Source: an uncultured Smithella sp. (GTDB lineage: Bacteria > Desulfobacterota > Syntrophia > Syntrophales > Smithellaceae). From it: a stretch of DNA of 64,000 nucleotides. Within the stretch, counting starts at the first letter, position 1; every line of letters starts with the position of its first letter. This document shows, piece after piece, positions 55,031-64,000 of this stretch. The stretch spans positions 35,791 to 99,790 of the forward strand of contig CAZJMX010000007.1 in assembly GCA_964547345.1 (NCBI GenBank), in the 5' to 3' direction. The translations under genes and the position numbers were made by a program. A model generated the notes under the pieces. That model saw only the letters and a program-made list of their open reading frames with translations. It did not search any database and had not been told where the DNA came from.

Positions 55031-56731
55031 TTATCCCTCACCCTCTCCCAGCGCTTTCCGGTATTCATTGATCAGATGCTTTTTCGGGATGCCAATGTCG
55101 ATGATGTCCCACGGCAGGATTTCGTCCAATTCTTTTTGGCGATAGACGTAGAAATCGGCATTGATGTTTATCTCTTTTAAGGCCCGCATCCAGTTGCCAT
55201 TCAGGCGATGCACCGCCATCAGCACATCCCCCACACGCCTATCGCCCAGTGACAAAAGCGCCTGCACGTAATTCCACTTCGGCACATCGGCAATGACATG
55301 AATCTGGCGATCGAGCTTAAATGCCTGGGTAATCTTTTTGATTTTCTTCCCCACATCATTAACATCCGCAAGCGCACACCATTGCAGCGGCGTGCGGGGC
55401 TTGGGAATAAACTGGTTGATGCTCAGCGTGATGCGCCGGAATTTCTTTTTGCCTTGGGTGTGAGCAAACGCGGTATGCTGTATTTTTTTCGCCAGGTCAA
55501 TGATGGCGTCGATGTCTTCATCACCTTCTGTCGGCAGCCCTACCATGAAATAAAGACGCAGATGGGAAATATCTTTTTCGATTAAAAGACGCGCGGCGCC
55601 AAGGATATCCTCCGAGGTAATCCCCTTTCGCAGCAGATCGCGTAGCCGCTGGCTTCCCGCCTCCGGCGCGAGGGCAACGGTCTCAATGCCGCCCGCCTTG
55701 AGAATATCAACCACGTCTTCCTGAATCTGATCCATGCGTAAAGAGCCGATGCCTGCTTCAGCGCCCTGATCTACGATGTATCGGCAAATGCGGACGAGAT
55801 CGGGATGATCGGAAACCGCCGTGCCGACCAGGCCGATTTTGTTCTTTAACTTCAAACCGCTGTCGATCGCTGTAACGATGTCTTCATAGCTTCGGAAGCG
55901 CGGCGGCGCGTAAACATAGCCTGCCGCGCAAAAACGGCACAGATGCGGACAGCCGCGGTTGACTTCCACCAGATACATATCCGCCATTTCCGTATCCGGA
56001 GAGATGACCACATCGGTTGTGCAAAATGCATTGATGTTTTTTATCGAGGGTATTTTGATGCAACCCGGCAGGTTGTCTTCCTCAGGCACAATAGCTTTTA
56101 TTTTTCCATCAGGGAAATAAGAAACGGCATAGAGGGAAGGGACGTAAAGTCCGGGGACGTTTTTCTGCAGATAAAGCAGAAGCGCCTTTCGGTCAAAATC
56201 GAGCTTGCGGGCCCGGTCAAAAGCGCCGGCAAACACAGGCATGACCTCTTCGGCTTCACCTAAAATAAAGACGTCAAAAAAATCGGCCAACGGCTCGGGG
56301 TTAAGCGACAGCGCGATGCCGCCGCCGACCACCAGCGGATGATTTTCGGCGCGGTCTTTGGCAGCAAGCGGTATGCCGCCGGAGGCAAGCATTTGTAAAA
56401 CGGCGGGGTAGTCATTTTCAAAAGAAAGAGAAAAAGCCAGAATGTCAAAATCGCCGAGGGGTTTGAGATTTTCGAGGCTGACGATTTCCGCCGCGCCGGT
56501 GACGGATTCGGCGCCGTCACCGGTCACGGACAGAAACGCTCTTTCACAAAGAAAGAAGGGGAGCTCGTTAATCATTTTATAAACAGTCTGGAACCCCAGG
56601 TTGGCCATGCCGATCCGGTACGCATTGGGATAGGCCAGGCAAACCGTATGACAGGTCCCCCAGACGTTCTTGATGAAACCCTGCTCGCGAGCCAGCAGGG
56701 TTTCATATATTTTCTTTTGTTTCCAGTTCAT
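55031..56731 (-). CDS. Radical SAM protein with an N-terminal B12-binding-like domain (uncharacterised family)
   Basis: GCPHLCRFCAAG cluster motif. ATG 56731 was preferred to the longer ORF. Confidence 0.8.
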   Translation of the reverse strand: MNWKQKKIYETLLAREQGFIKNVWGTCHTVCLAYPNAYRIGMANLGFQTVYKMINELPFFLCERAFLSVTGDGAESVTGAAEIVSLENLKPLGDFDILAFSLSFENDYPAVLQMLASGGIPLAAKDRAENHPLVVGGGIALSLNPEPLADFFDVFILGEAEEVMPVFAGAFDRARKLDFDRKALLLYLQKNVPGLYVPSLYAVSYFPDGKIKAIVPEEDNLPGCIKIPSIKNINAFCTTDVVISPDTEMADMYLVEVNRGCPHLCRFCAAGYVYAPPRFRSYEDIVTAIDSGLKLKNKIGLVGTAVSDHPDLVRICRYIVDQGAEAGIGSLRMDQIQEDVVDILKAGGIETVALAPEAGSQRLRDLLRKGITSEDILGAARLLIEKDISHLRLYFMVGLPTEGDEDIDAIIDLAKKIQHTAFAHTQGKKKFRRITLSINQFIPKPRTPLQWCALADVNDVGKKIKKITQAFKLDRQIHVIADVPKWNYVQALLSLGDRRVGDVLMAVHRLNGNWMRALKEININADFYVYRQKELDEILPWDIIDIGIPKKHLINEYRKALGEGEG

Positions 56732-56788
56732 GGAAATCAAATGGCCTCCGCCTATCCAAGCCTGGCCGGCAAGCCACAAACCTTTTCT

Positions 56789-57946
56789 TTAGTCCGCCTG
56801 ACGGCGCAAAAACGTGGGGATATCGATATCGACGTTTTCGCTTTCGTCATTGATGCCCATCGTCATCACATTGGCCTGATCACGCGTTTTTTCCTTACGC
56901 ATGAACGTCGGCGTCGCCAGATTTTCTTTCCGGAATCCGCCCAGATGGGCCACATTGGACGACGCCTGTTTCTTTTTCATCACGTCTTCAAAACCGGTGG
57001 CGATGACCGTGATGCGGATTTCATCGCCCATCTTCTCATCAATCACCGTCCCGAAAATAATATTGGCGTCTTCGTGCGCTTCCGCCTGAATCAGCGATGA
57101 CGCCTCATTAACTTCATACAGACTTAAATCCGCGCCGCCGGTGATGTTGAGCAGAATGCCGTGCGCGCCCTGAATGGTGTTGTCTTCCAGAAGCGGCGAG
57201 GAAATCGCCCTTTGTGCCGCCTCTACCGCGCGGTTTTCACCGATGGCCGTGCCGGTGCCCATCAGCGCCATGCCCATGTTGCTCATAATGTTCTTCACAT
57301 CGGCAAAATCCAAATTGATCAGTCCGGGAACCACAATCAGATCCGAGATGCCTTTGACGGCCTGATACAAAATATCGTCCGCTTTTTTGAAAGCATCCAA
57401 TAGCGAAAGACCGCGTCCGCCCAGACTTAACAGCCGCTGGTTGGGAACAACAATCAGGGTATCCACCACGTCGCGAAGCTGGATTACGCCTTCTTCGGCC
57501 TGGACGTTTCTTTTCTTGCCTTCAAACTGAAACGGCTTGGTCACGACGGCCACCGTGAGCGCGCCGCACTCGCGCGCCATCTGTGCAATGACCGGCGCCG
57601 CGCCCGTGCCCGTGCCGCCGCCGAGACCCGCGGTGATGAAAATCATGTCCGCGCCTTCAAGGTGACGGCGAATTTCATCGCGGGATTCCAGCGCCGCCTG
57701 CTTGCCTACGTCCGGAATGGAGCCTGCGCCCAAGCCTTTGGTCACTTCCGCGCCAAGCTGAATCTTGACGCCCGCGGCAGACGCCCCCAGCGCCTGGGCG
57801 TCCGTGTTGGCGATCATGAAATCAACGCCCCGCAGGGTGTAGGAAATCATGGTGTTCACGGCATTGCCGCCGCCGCCCCCTACGCCGATCACTTTAATCT
57901 TTGCCGAATTTTCAAAACATACTTCCGTTAACTCAAACATGCGCAC
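56789..57946 (-). CDS. ftsZ: Cell division GTPase FtsZ
   Basis: Tubulin signature [13 protein letters not shown], and NTDAQAL. Confidence 0.97.
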   Translation of the reverse strand: MRMFELTEVCFENSAKIKVIGVGGGGGNAVNTMISYTLRGVDFMIANTDAQALGASAAGVKIQLGAEVTKGLGAGSIPDVGKQAALESRDEIRRHLEGADMIFITAGLGGGTGTGAAPVIAQMARECGALTVAVVTKPFQFEGKKRNVQAEEGVIQLRDVVDTLIVVPNQRLLSLGGRGLSLLDAFKKADDILYQAVKGISDLIVVPGLINLDFADVKNIMSNMGMALMGTGTAIGENRAVEAAQRAISSPLLEDNTIQGAHGILLNITGGADLSLYEVNEASSLIQAEAHEDANIIFGTVIDEKMGDEIRITVIATGFEDVMKKKQASSNVAHLGGFRKENLATPTFMRKEKTRDQANVMTMGINDESENVDIDIPTFLRRQAD

Positions 57947-57958
57947 CCCCTTCTTTGT

Positions 57959-59185
57959 TTAGAAAAATTCCAGAAACCACTTTTTAATCGCTTTGAGCCC
58001 ATTGCCGAATACATTGCCCGTCTTGCGATAGACGGAATCTCCCGATGCATTTTTACTGCCGTAAATAATCAAACCCACTCCCACTGCAAACGCAGGCGAA
58101 TTGGCCACGTCTGTCAGGCCGCCGACCCCGGTGGGATAACCACGACGCACCGGCATATCGAAGATCTGTTCCGCCATTTCATTGATGCCCGGCAAAAGCG
58201 ACGCGCCGCCGGTCAATACCAGTCCCGCGGCCAGCAGATCTTCATAACCGGAGCGGACAATTTCCTTGAGCGCCATGTTCAGGATTTCTTCCATGCGCGG
58301 CTCCATGATCCGGCCGAGAATCTGGCGTGACACCGTCCGGTCTTCGCGGCCGCCGACGCTGGGCACTTCGATGGTCTCTTCCTTCGGAATCATCGACGTC
58401 AGCGCACAGCCGTATTTCAGCTTGATTTTTTCCGCTTCGGCAAAAGGCGTCCGCAACCCTGTGGCGATATCCGACGTCAGGAAGTTGCCGCCCACCGACA
58501 GGATGGCCGTATGCTTGATGCTGCCTTCTGCGAAGATCGCAATGCTGGTGGTCGATCCGCCGATGTCGATGAGCGCTATCCCCAGATCTTTTTCGTCGGA
58601 CCCGAGAACAGCTTCGCTTGCCGCCAGTTGCTCGAGAACAACGTCATCAATGTCCAGGCCGACGCGATTAACGGATTTGACAACATTCTGAATGGACGCG
58701 GCCGCGCCCGTGACAATATGGACTTTGGCCTCCAGACGCACCCCCGACATGCCCACCGGATCGCGAATGCCGTCCTGACCATCCACTACGTAATTTTGCG
58801 GCAGTGTATGCAGGATTTCACGATCCGCGGGAATCGCGATGGCCTTAGACGCCTCAATCGCCCGCTGCAGGTCGTCCTCGCCGACTTCGCGGCCTTTGAT
58901 GGCGACAATCCCCAGGGAGTTTTGTCCCTTGATGTGGCCGCCTGCAATGCCGACATACGCGGAATTGATGCGGCATCCGGACATGTGCTCGGCATCCTCC
59001 ACGGCCTTTTTAATCGCTTCGACGGTGCTCTCGATATTCACCACGCCGCCTTTGCGCATCTCCTTGGCCGGCACGATTCCCACGCCGATGATGTCGATGC
59101 CGGTGTCCGTCACTTCGCCGACCACCGCCGCCGTTTTCGTCGTGCCGATATCAATGCCCACCAGAACGTTGCTTTTTCTCCTCAT
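57959..59185 (-). CDS. ftsA: Cell division protein FtsA
   Basis: Actin-like ATPase with VGIDIGTTK and IDIGGSTT. Positioned between ftsQ and ftsZ. Confidence 0.95.
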   Translation of the reverse strand: MRRKSNVLVGIDIGTTKTAAVVGEVTDTGIDIIGVGIVPAKEMRKGGVVNIESTVEAIKKAVEDAEHMSGCRINSAYVGIAGGHIKGQNSLGIVAIKGREVGEDDLQRAIEASKAIAIPADREILHTLPQNYVVDGQDGIRDPVGMSGVRLEAKVHIVTGAAASIQNVVKSVNRVGLDIDDVVLEQLAASEAVLGSDEKDLGIALIDIGGSTTSIAIFAEGSIKHTAILSVGGNFLTSDIATGLRTPFAEAEKIKLKYGCALTSMIPKEETIEVPSVGGREDRTVSRQILGRIMEPRMEEILNMALKEIVRSGYEDLLAAGLVLTGGASLLPGINEMAEQIFDMPVRRGYPTGVGGLTDVANSPAFAVGVGLIIYGSKNASGDSVYRKTGNVFGNGLKAIKKWFLEFF

Positions 59186-59223
59186 AATCCCACCTTTAAA
59201 ATTAATATCCGCCAGACCTTTTT

Positions 59224-60060
59224 TTACAATTTATACTGTGGACCTTTTGTGCGATCTCCCGCCTTTGCCGACGCATCCTTGCGCTGCACCGTCACCTTGG
59301 AGATGTCGGCCAGATCAACAAATAAGTGGCCCTCCTTCAGGCCGCGCTTTTCCAGATCCGCAAGCACGATACTCAATTGCCGCAGCTTGCCGTCAAAATC
59401 ATCACGTCCCAGTTTCAGATGGAGTCCCTTATCCGTCAACATGGATAAACCGAACACATCGGAAACATAAACTTCGGACACCGTTCCCAGAAACGCGTGA
59501 CGGTCTGATGAAGACAGAGCCTCCAGTAATTTCAGCGCGTCGGCCACCAGAGGCGAGAGTATTTTTTTATTGTTGATATTGACGCCGCTGATAATGGCCA
59601 AATCGACATCATCGCCGCCGGACAGTTTTTTAAACACATAACCGCCTGCATCCATCAGATAAAACATGCCGTCCTGCTTGACCAGGGCAATCGGTTTTCG
59701 TTCACGGACATCCAGCACCAGGCGGTCGGGAAACTCCCGTCCGACGTAAACGTTTTTGACCCAGGCATTGGCGGCAATTTTTTCAGCAACGGCATCCGTA
59801 TTAATGGACAGGATATTTGACCGGGGTCGAACATTCGCCATGGCCAGAACATCTTTTTCCGTCAATTCCTTTAATCCGCGCACGGAAATGTCGCGGATTT
59901 CAAAATAGGAAGCGCTCAAGAGCGCGCTCACGGCATAGATAAACAAGACGCTCAAAAACGTCGCGGCAAACAGCAAGGAGACGGCGCCCAGCGATTCCCC
60001 GAAACTTCCGATGACACGCCTTCGCAAACGATTTTTTCTGGCTTCCAGATTTCCCTTCAT
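59224..60060 (-). CDS. ftsQ: Cell division protein FtsQ (POTRA domain)
   Basis: Basic N-terminus, a single TM, then POTRA-like FEIRDISVRGLKELTEKDV. dcw synteny. Confidence 0.85.
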   Translation of the reverse strand: MKGNLEARKNRLRRRVIGSFGESLGAVSLLFAATFLSVLFIYAVSALLSASYFEIRDISVRGLKELTEKDVLAMANVRPRSNILSINTDAVAEKIAANAWVKNVYVGREFPDRLVLDVRERKPIALVKQDGMFYLMDAGGYVFKKLSGGDDVDLAIISGVNINNKKILSPLVADALKLLEALSSSDRHAFLGTVSEVYVSDVFGLSMLTDKGLHLKLGRDDFDGKLRQLSIVLADLEKRGLKEGHLFVDLADISKVTVQRKDASAKAGDRTKGPQYKL

Positions 60061-60995
60061 TTTTCCCGGACCCCAGCCTCTCCGATGATGACAATTTCCG
60101 TTTCCAGATCAATCCCTCTTTCTTTTCTGATCTGCTCTTGAACAAACGCAATCAACGCCTCCATGTCCGACGCCGTGCCCTGCCCCTTGTTCACGATAAA
60201 GTTGGCGTGCATCTTCGATATCTGCACATCGCCGCGCCGCACGCCTTTTAATCCCAATTCCTCAATCAATTTCCCCGCGGGCATTTCCGGCAGGTTTTTA
60301 AAGACCGATCCGGCGTTGGGATATTTCAGCGGATGTTTTTCCTGCCGCAACTTGATGATCTCGGCCATCCGTTCCCGAATCCGCACGGCCTGTCCTTTTT
60401 GCAAAACAAAGCGCACCCCGCAGATGATAACATCCGCGGGTAGATTTGATGTGCGGTACGCAAACGCGATCTCGCCACACCGCAGCAATTTTTTTTCGCC
60501 CTGCCCGTCAATGAGGGTTATGTCCGCAACCACATCTTTCATTTCCGTTCCGTAAGCGCCGGCATTCATCCACACGGCGCCTCCGACGCTTCCGGGGATG
60601 CCTGTGCAAAACTCCAAGCCGGTCAGTTCTTCGGCTGCCGCCAGACTTCCCACTTTACCCAGCAAAACGCCCGCCTGCGCGCTGACATAGTACTTTCCAT
60701 CCTGTTTGGGCGCCAGACTCATCTGGTCCAAACCGCGCATCCACAAAATCACGCCGCGGTATCCGCCGTCTCTGACCAGGATGTTGGTCAGATTTCCAAC
60801 CGGCAGAAACGGAATGCAATTTTCATTCAGACGCTTCACGATTTCCCCGAGTTGATCTTCATTTTCGATCACGACCAGCGCGTCCGCCTTGCCGCCCAGC
60901 TTCAGCGACGCATGACGCGACATCGGCTCGTCATAGAAGATTTTTCCAATGCCCGCGCCCTGAAGCGCATTGGATATGGCCTGAGTATTCGCCAT
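60057..60995 (-). CDS. murB: UDP-N-acetylenolpyruvoylglucosamine reductase
   Basis: FAD-binding PCMH pattern (LKLGGKADALV ... GNLTNILVRD) and the C-terminal GSVFKNP motif. Confidence 0.9.
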   Translation of the reverse strand: MANTQAISNALQGAGIGKIFYDEPMSRHASLKLGGKADALVVIENEDQLGEIVKRLNENCIPFLPVGNLTNILVRDGGYRGVILWMRGLDQMSLAPKQDGKYYVSAQAGVLLGKVGSLAAAEELTGLEFCTGIPGSVGGAVWMNAGAYGTEMKDVVADITLIDGQGEKKLLRCGEIAFAYRTSNLPADVIICGVRFVLQKGQAVRIRERMAEIIKLRQEKHPLKYPNAGSVFKNLPEMPAGKLIEELGLKGVRRGDVQISKMHANFIVNKGQGTASDMEALIAFVQEQIRKERGIDLETEIVIIGEAGVREK

Positions 60996-62407
60996 TACTT
61001 TTTTGCTCCCTTTTTCGCAAGTTCCGCAAGGAACGCCTCGCCGATTTTATACACACTGCCTGCGCCCAGCGTAATCACGGTATCGCCGGGTTTGGCATTG
61101 GCCAGCAGAAAGTCGATGGTGTTTTGCGCCTGCGCAATATATTCAACGTGCGGATGGCCGCCTTCTTTAATGGCCGCCCACAGGGCTGCGGAATTAATGC
61201 CGGGAATCGGCGCCTCGGAAGCCGGATAAATATCGTTTAGCACTAAAACATCCGCATCGCTAAACGACCGGATAAATTCGTCGAAAAGCGCCTTCGTTCT
61301 CGTAAAACGGTGCGGCTGGAAAACAACCAGCAGCCTGCCTCTCCACATCTGCCGGGCTGCGGCAAGCGTTGCCAGAATTTCCGTCGGGTGATGTCCATAA
61401 TCATCCACCACCGTGATCGAACCCTCGCAGCCTTTGAGCTCCAGACGACGCTGTACACCGGTGAAAGCAAGCAGGCCTTTGCGGATGGTAACCATATCGA
61501 GCCCCAGCTCACGACCGACGGCGGCTGCCGCCATGGAATTGTAAACATTGAAAAGCCCCGGCACGGCCAGTTCGACATCGCCTAAATTCTGCCCCTGATA
61601 CGACAATTGATAGATCGTTTTGTTTTCCAGAAACCGGATGTCGCCTGCGGAATAATCCGCCGGATGATCAATGCCGTAAGTGATGACCCGACGTTTGATG
61701 GAACCGGCTATTTCGCGCACGTGTTCATTGTCGTTGCACATCACGATGCAGCCATAAAAGGGAACGATATTGGCGAATTTTAAAAAGGCGTCTTTGATTT
61801 CCACAATCCCCGGATAATAATCCAGATGCTCGCGGTCGATATTCGTAATCACGGCAATCGTGGGCGACAATTTCAAAAATGATCCGTCACTTTCGTCCGC
61901 TTCCGCAACAATGATGTCGCCGTCGCCCAGGCGGGCGTTGGAGCCGATGCTGGCAAGCTTCCCGCCGATGACCATCGTGGGGTCCAGGCCGCCCTGCGCC
62001 AGAATGGTGGAGACCATCGAGGTGGTCGTGGTTTTTCCGTGGCTTCCGGACACCGCCACGGAAAATTTCATTTTCAACAGTTCGGCCAGCATTTCCGCGC
62101 GCGGAATCACCGGAATATTCCGGCGATGCGCTTCCACTACTTCGGGATTGTCTTTTTTAACCGCAGTCGAGGTCACCACCACATCAGCGTTGCCGATATT
62201 TTCCGCCGCATGTCCCTGCGCCACCTCAGCGCCCAGGCGCTGCAAGCGCAACGTCGTATCGGAGACCTGCGCATCCGATCCGCTGATGCCGTAACCTAGA
62301 TTGAGCAGCACTTCGGCGATACCGCTCATCCCGATCCCGCCGATGCCGACAAAGTGAATACGCTTGACTTTACGCTGCATGAATCCAATTTCCCGATCTT
62401 TCCCCAT
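60995..62407 (-). CDS. murC: UDP-N-acetylmuramate--L-alanine ligase
   Basis: IHFVGIGGIGMSG and GSHGKTTTTSM (Mur ligase P-loop). Confidence 0.92.
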   Translation of the reverse strand: MGKDREIGFMQRKVKRIHFVGIGGIGMSGIAEVLLNLGYGISGSDAQVSDTTLRLQRLGAEVAQGHAAENIGNADVVVTSTAVKKDNPEVVEAHRRNIPVIPRAEMLAELLKMKFSVAVSGSHGKTTTTSMVSTILAQGGLDPTMVIGGKLASIGSNARLGDGDIIVAEADESDGSFLKLSPTIAVITNIDREHLDYYPGIVEIKDAFLKFANIVPFYGCIVMCNDNEHVREIAGSIKRRVITYGIDHPADYSAGDIRFLENKTIYQLSYQGQNLGDVELAVPGLFNVYNSMAAAAVGRELGLDMVTIRKGLLAFTGVQRRLELKGCEGSITVVDDYGHHPTEILATLAAARQMWRGRLLVVFQPHRFTRTKALFDEFIRSFSDADVLVLNDIYPASEAPIPGINSAALWAAIKEGGHPHVEYIAQAQNTIDFLLANAKPGDTVITLGAGSVYKIGEAFLAELAKKGAKK

Positions 62408-62431
62408 TTTACCCTTTGCTCCGTTTGTTGC

Positions 62432-63520
62432 TTAATGCTTTTTTTTCGTTGCCAGTTGCATACAGACATCCGCGATTTTTGCCGCGGCATCGATCCTGCC
62501 TAATTTTTTTGATTGGGCTTCCATGTCCCGCAACTTCCCGTCATCCGACAAAAGCGCTTCCATGAGTGCAAATAACTTTTCAGGTGTCAGGTCGCTCTCC
62601 TTCATCATGGCCGCTGCATTCACTTCCACCATGGCCTGTGCATTCAGAGTTTGATGATCATTGGCCGCCCACGGAAAAGGAATTAAAATGGAAGCCCTTC
62701 CCGCCGCCGTGATCTCCGCAAGCGACGTCGCCCCGGCGCGGCAAATCATCAGATCGGACGCCGTTAAGACCTTCGCCATATCCTCGATGAACGGACTGAC
62801 CAAAGCCTTGATGCCATGCTGTTCATAGGCCTTTTGCACCATCTCCAAATCACGCTGGCCTGTCTGATGGATCATCCGGACACGATCCTTTATCTTTTGC
62901 AAAAGCGGCATCATGGCCACAACCGTCTTATTGATGGCGGCGGCGCCCTGCGAACCGCCAAAAATAAAAATCTGACGCCCCTGCTTTTTTGCCCTGCTTT
63001 CGTTCAAACCTGCGGCAAAGGCCGCCCGTACCGGATTGCCGGTGACAAAAACTTTGTCCGCCGCAAAAAGAGTTTTACTTTGTTCATAGGTCAAAAAAAT
63101 CTGATCGACAAATTTTCCTAAAATGCGGTTGGTGTTGCCCGCCAGGGCGTTTTGCTCGGCAATGGCAGTGGGAATGCCCATCAGCCAGGCGGTGATCACC
63201 GCAGGTCCCGACGCATAACCGCCCACACCGATCACCACATCCGGAGAGAAATCCGCAAGGATGCTCCGGGACTGCCACATGCTGTTCGGTATCGCGTACG
63301 CGCCTTTGATCAAAGCCTTCAAACCTCTTCCCTTCAAGCCTTCCACATCAATCAATTTCAGTTCGTAACCGAGTGTTCCCAAAATCCTGTGTTCAATGCC
63401 TTTTTTTGTGCCGATAAAAATCACGCGGTTTTGGGCATCACGCTTCAAAAATTCCTCCGCGATGGCAATGCCCGGAAATAAATGTCCGCCTGTTCCCCCT
63501 CCCGCTATCGCGATCCGCAC
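62432..63520 (-). CDS. murG: UDP-N-acetylglucosamine--N-acetylmuramyl-(pentapeptide) pyrophosphoryl-undecaprenol GlcNAc transferase
   Basis: IAGGGTGGHLFPG N-terminal motif. Synteny. Confidence 0.92.
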   Translation of the reverse strand: MRIAIAGGGTGGHLFPGIAIAEEFLKRDAQNRVIFIGTKKGIEHRILGTLGYELKLIDVEGLKGRGLKALIKGAYAIPNSMWQSRSILADFSPDVVIGVGGYASGPAVITAWLMGIPTAIAEQNALAGNTNRILGKFVDQIFLTYEQSKTLFAADKVFVTGNPVRAAFAAGLNESRAKKQGRQIFIFGGSQGAAAINKTVVAMMPLLQKIKDRVRMIHQTGQRDLEMVQKAYEQHGIKALVSPFIEDMAKVLTASDLMICRAGATSLAEITAAGRASILIPFPWAANDHQTLNAQAMVEVNAAAMMKESDLTPEKLFALMEALLSDDGKLRDMEAQSKKLGRIDAAAKIADVCMQLATKKKH

Positions 63521-63534
63521 TGGATTCTCCCCGC

Positions 63535-64000
63535 TTACGTTCTCTGGGTGGAGATATTCAGCAAAATCCCCACAACCAGCATACTCATGACAAACGATGT
63601 TCCGCCATAACTCAAAAACGGCAACGCCAGCCCCTTCAGGGGGATCAACCCCATCACACCCGCGATATTAATAAACGCCTGCATGGCAATGAGCATGGTC
63701 AGTCCCGCAGCCAGAAGCGTGCCGAACAAATCCGGTGCACGAAACGCAATCATAAAGCCGCGCAGCAGAAAGAAGATAAACAAAATGATGACCAGCGTCA
63801 CGCCGATAAATCCGCTTTCTTCCGCAATGACCGCCAGAATAAAATCCGTGTGAGGCTCCGGCAGATAAAATAATTTCTGCATCCCGTCGCCGATCCCCTG
63901 CCCCGTAACACCGCCCAGTCCGAAAGACAGCAGGGACTGGATCAACTGAAACCCCGTGTTGTCCGGATCCTTCCAGGGGTCCAGAAACGCCGTCAGGCGC
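63535..64000 (-). CDS. ftsW: FtsW/RodA (SEDS) family protein, C-terminal part; the gene continues beyond the right edge
   Basis: QSLLSFGLGGVTGQGIG ... LPEPHTDFILAVIAEE ... LPFLSYGGTS. The reading frame stays open to position 64000. Confidence 0.85.
   Translation of the reverse strand, partial: RLTAFLDPWKDPDNTGFQLIQSLLSFGLGGVTGQGIGDGMQKLFYLPEPHTDFILAVIAEESGFIGVTLVIILFIFFLLRGFMIAFRAPDLFGTLLAAGLTMLIAMQAFINIAGVMGLIPLKGLALPFLSYGGTSFVMSMLVVGILLNISTQRT

Noticed and set aside
58511-59470. 319-aa plus-strand ORF (and 58839..59576) opposite ftsA/ftsQ
   Set aside because: It is antisense to highly conserved division genes. It is Arg/Ala/Asp-rich and is a shadow ORF.

Overview
This 64-kb window looks like a chromosomal segment from a Gram-negative anaerobe. 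Gene content and dcw-cluster layout suggest Desulfobacterota/Deltaproteobacteria, but that is inference, not proof. No rRNA, tRNA, CRISPR array, transposase or integrase was recognised. There are four blocks.
(1) 1..33128 is a large lipid/polyketide biosynthetic gene cluster of the aryl-polyene (APE)/flexirubin type. It carries ACP, two active ketosynthases, one catalytically dead CLF-like ketosynthase, a FabG-like ketoreductase and a hotdog dehydratase. It also has an AasS/ApeH-like adenylating enzyme, a PlsC-type acyltransferase, a GT2 glycosyltransferase and a 4HBT thioesterase. A LolA-like protein, a DUF3261-like lipoprotein and an MMPL-like exporter complete the core. Non-canonical extras are an aromatic amino-acid ammonia-lyase, two more acyl-CoA ligases, an acyl-CoA dehydrogenase and a B12-binding radical SAM enzyme. 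Further extras are a CrtI-like flavoenzyme, a nitroreductase, a Dak2-DegV fusion and a methyltransferase fused to the exporter. Two signalling modules are embedded in the cluster.
(2) 33131..39072 is a visibly AT-richer Type III restriction-modification island (mod, a KilA-N gene, res). It abuts the cluster only 2 nt after the last biosynthetic stop codon.
(3) 39.6..55 kb is a mixed accessory region. It holds a J-domain protein plus a secreted unknown, zur-znuACB, a GGDEF cyclase and a YhhN protein. It also holds a secreted beta-helix protein with a CFIATAA C-terminal anchor, an ECF sigma/anti-sigma pair, and a CHAT protease plus amidohydrolase pair.
(4) 55..64 kb is the conserved end of the dcw cluster on the minus strand (ftsW-murG-murC-murB-ftsQ-ftsA-ftsZ) followed by a radical SAM gene.
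The candidates for undescribed biology, in order, are: the unusual APE-like cluster variant and its fusion proteins; the CHAT/amidohydrolase module; and the KilA-N gene wired into the Type III R-M operon with a shared repeat motif upstream of both mod and res. All functional calls come from motif reading by eye. No database search was run.
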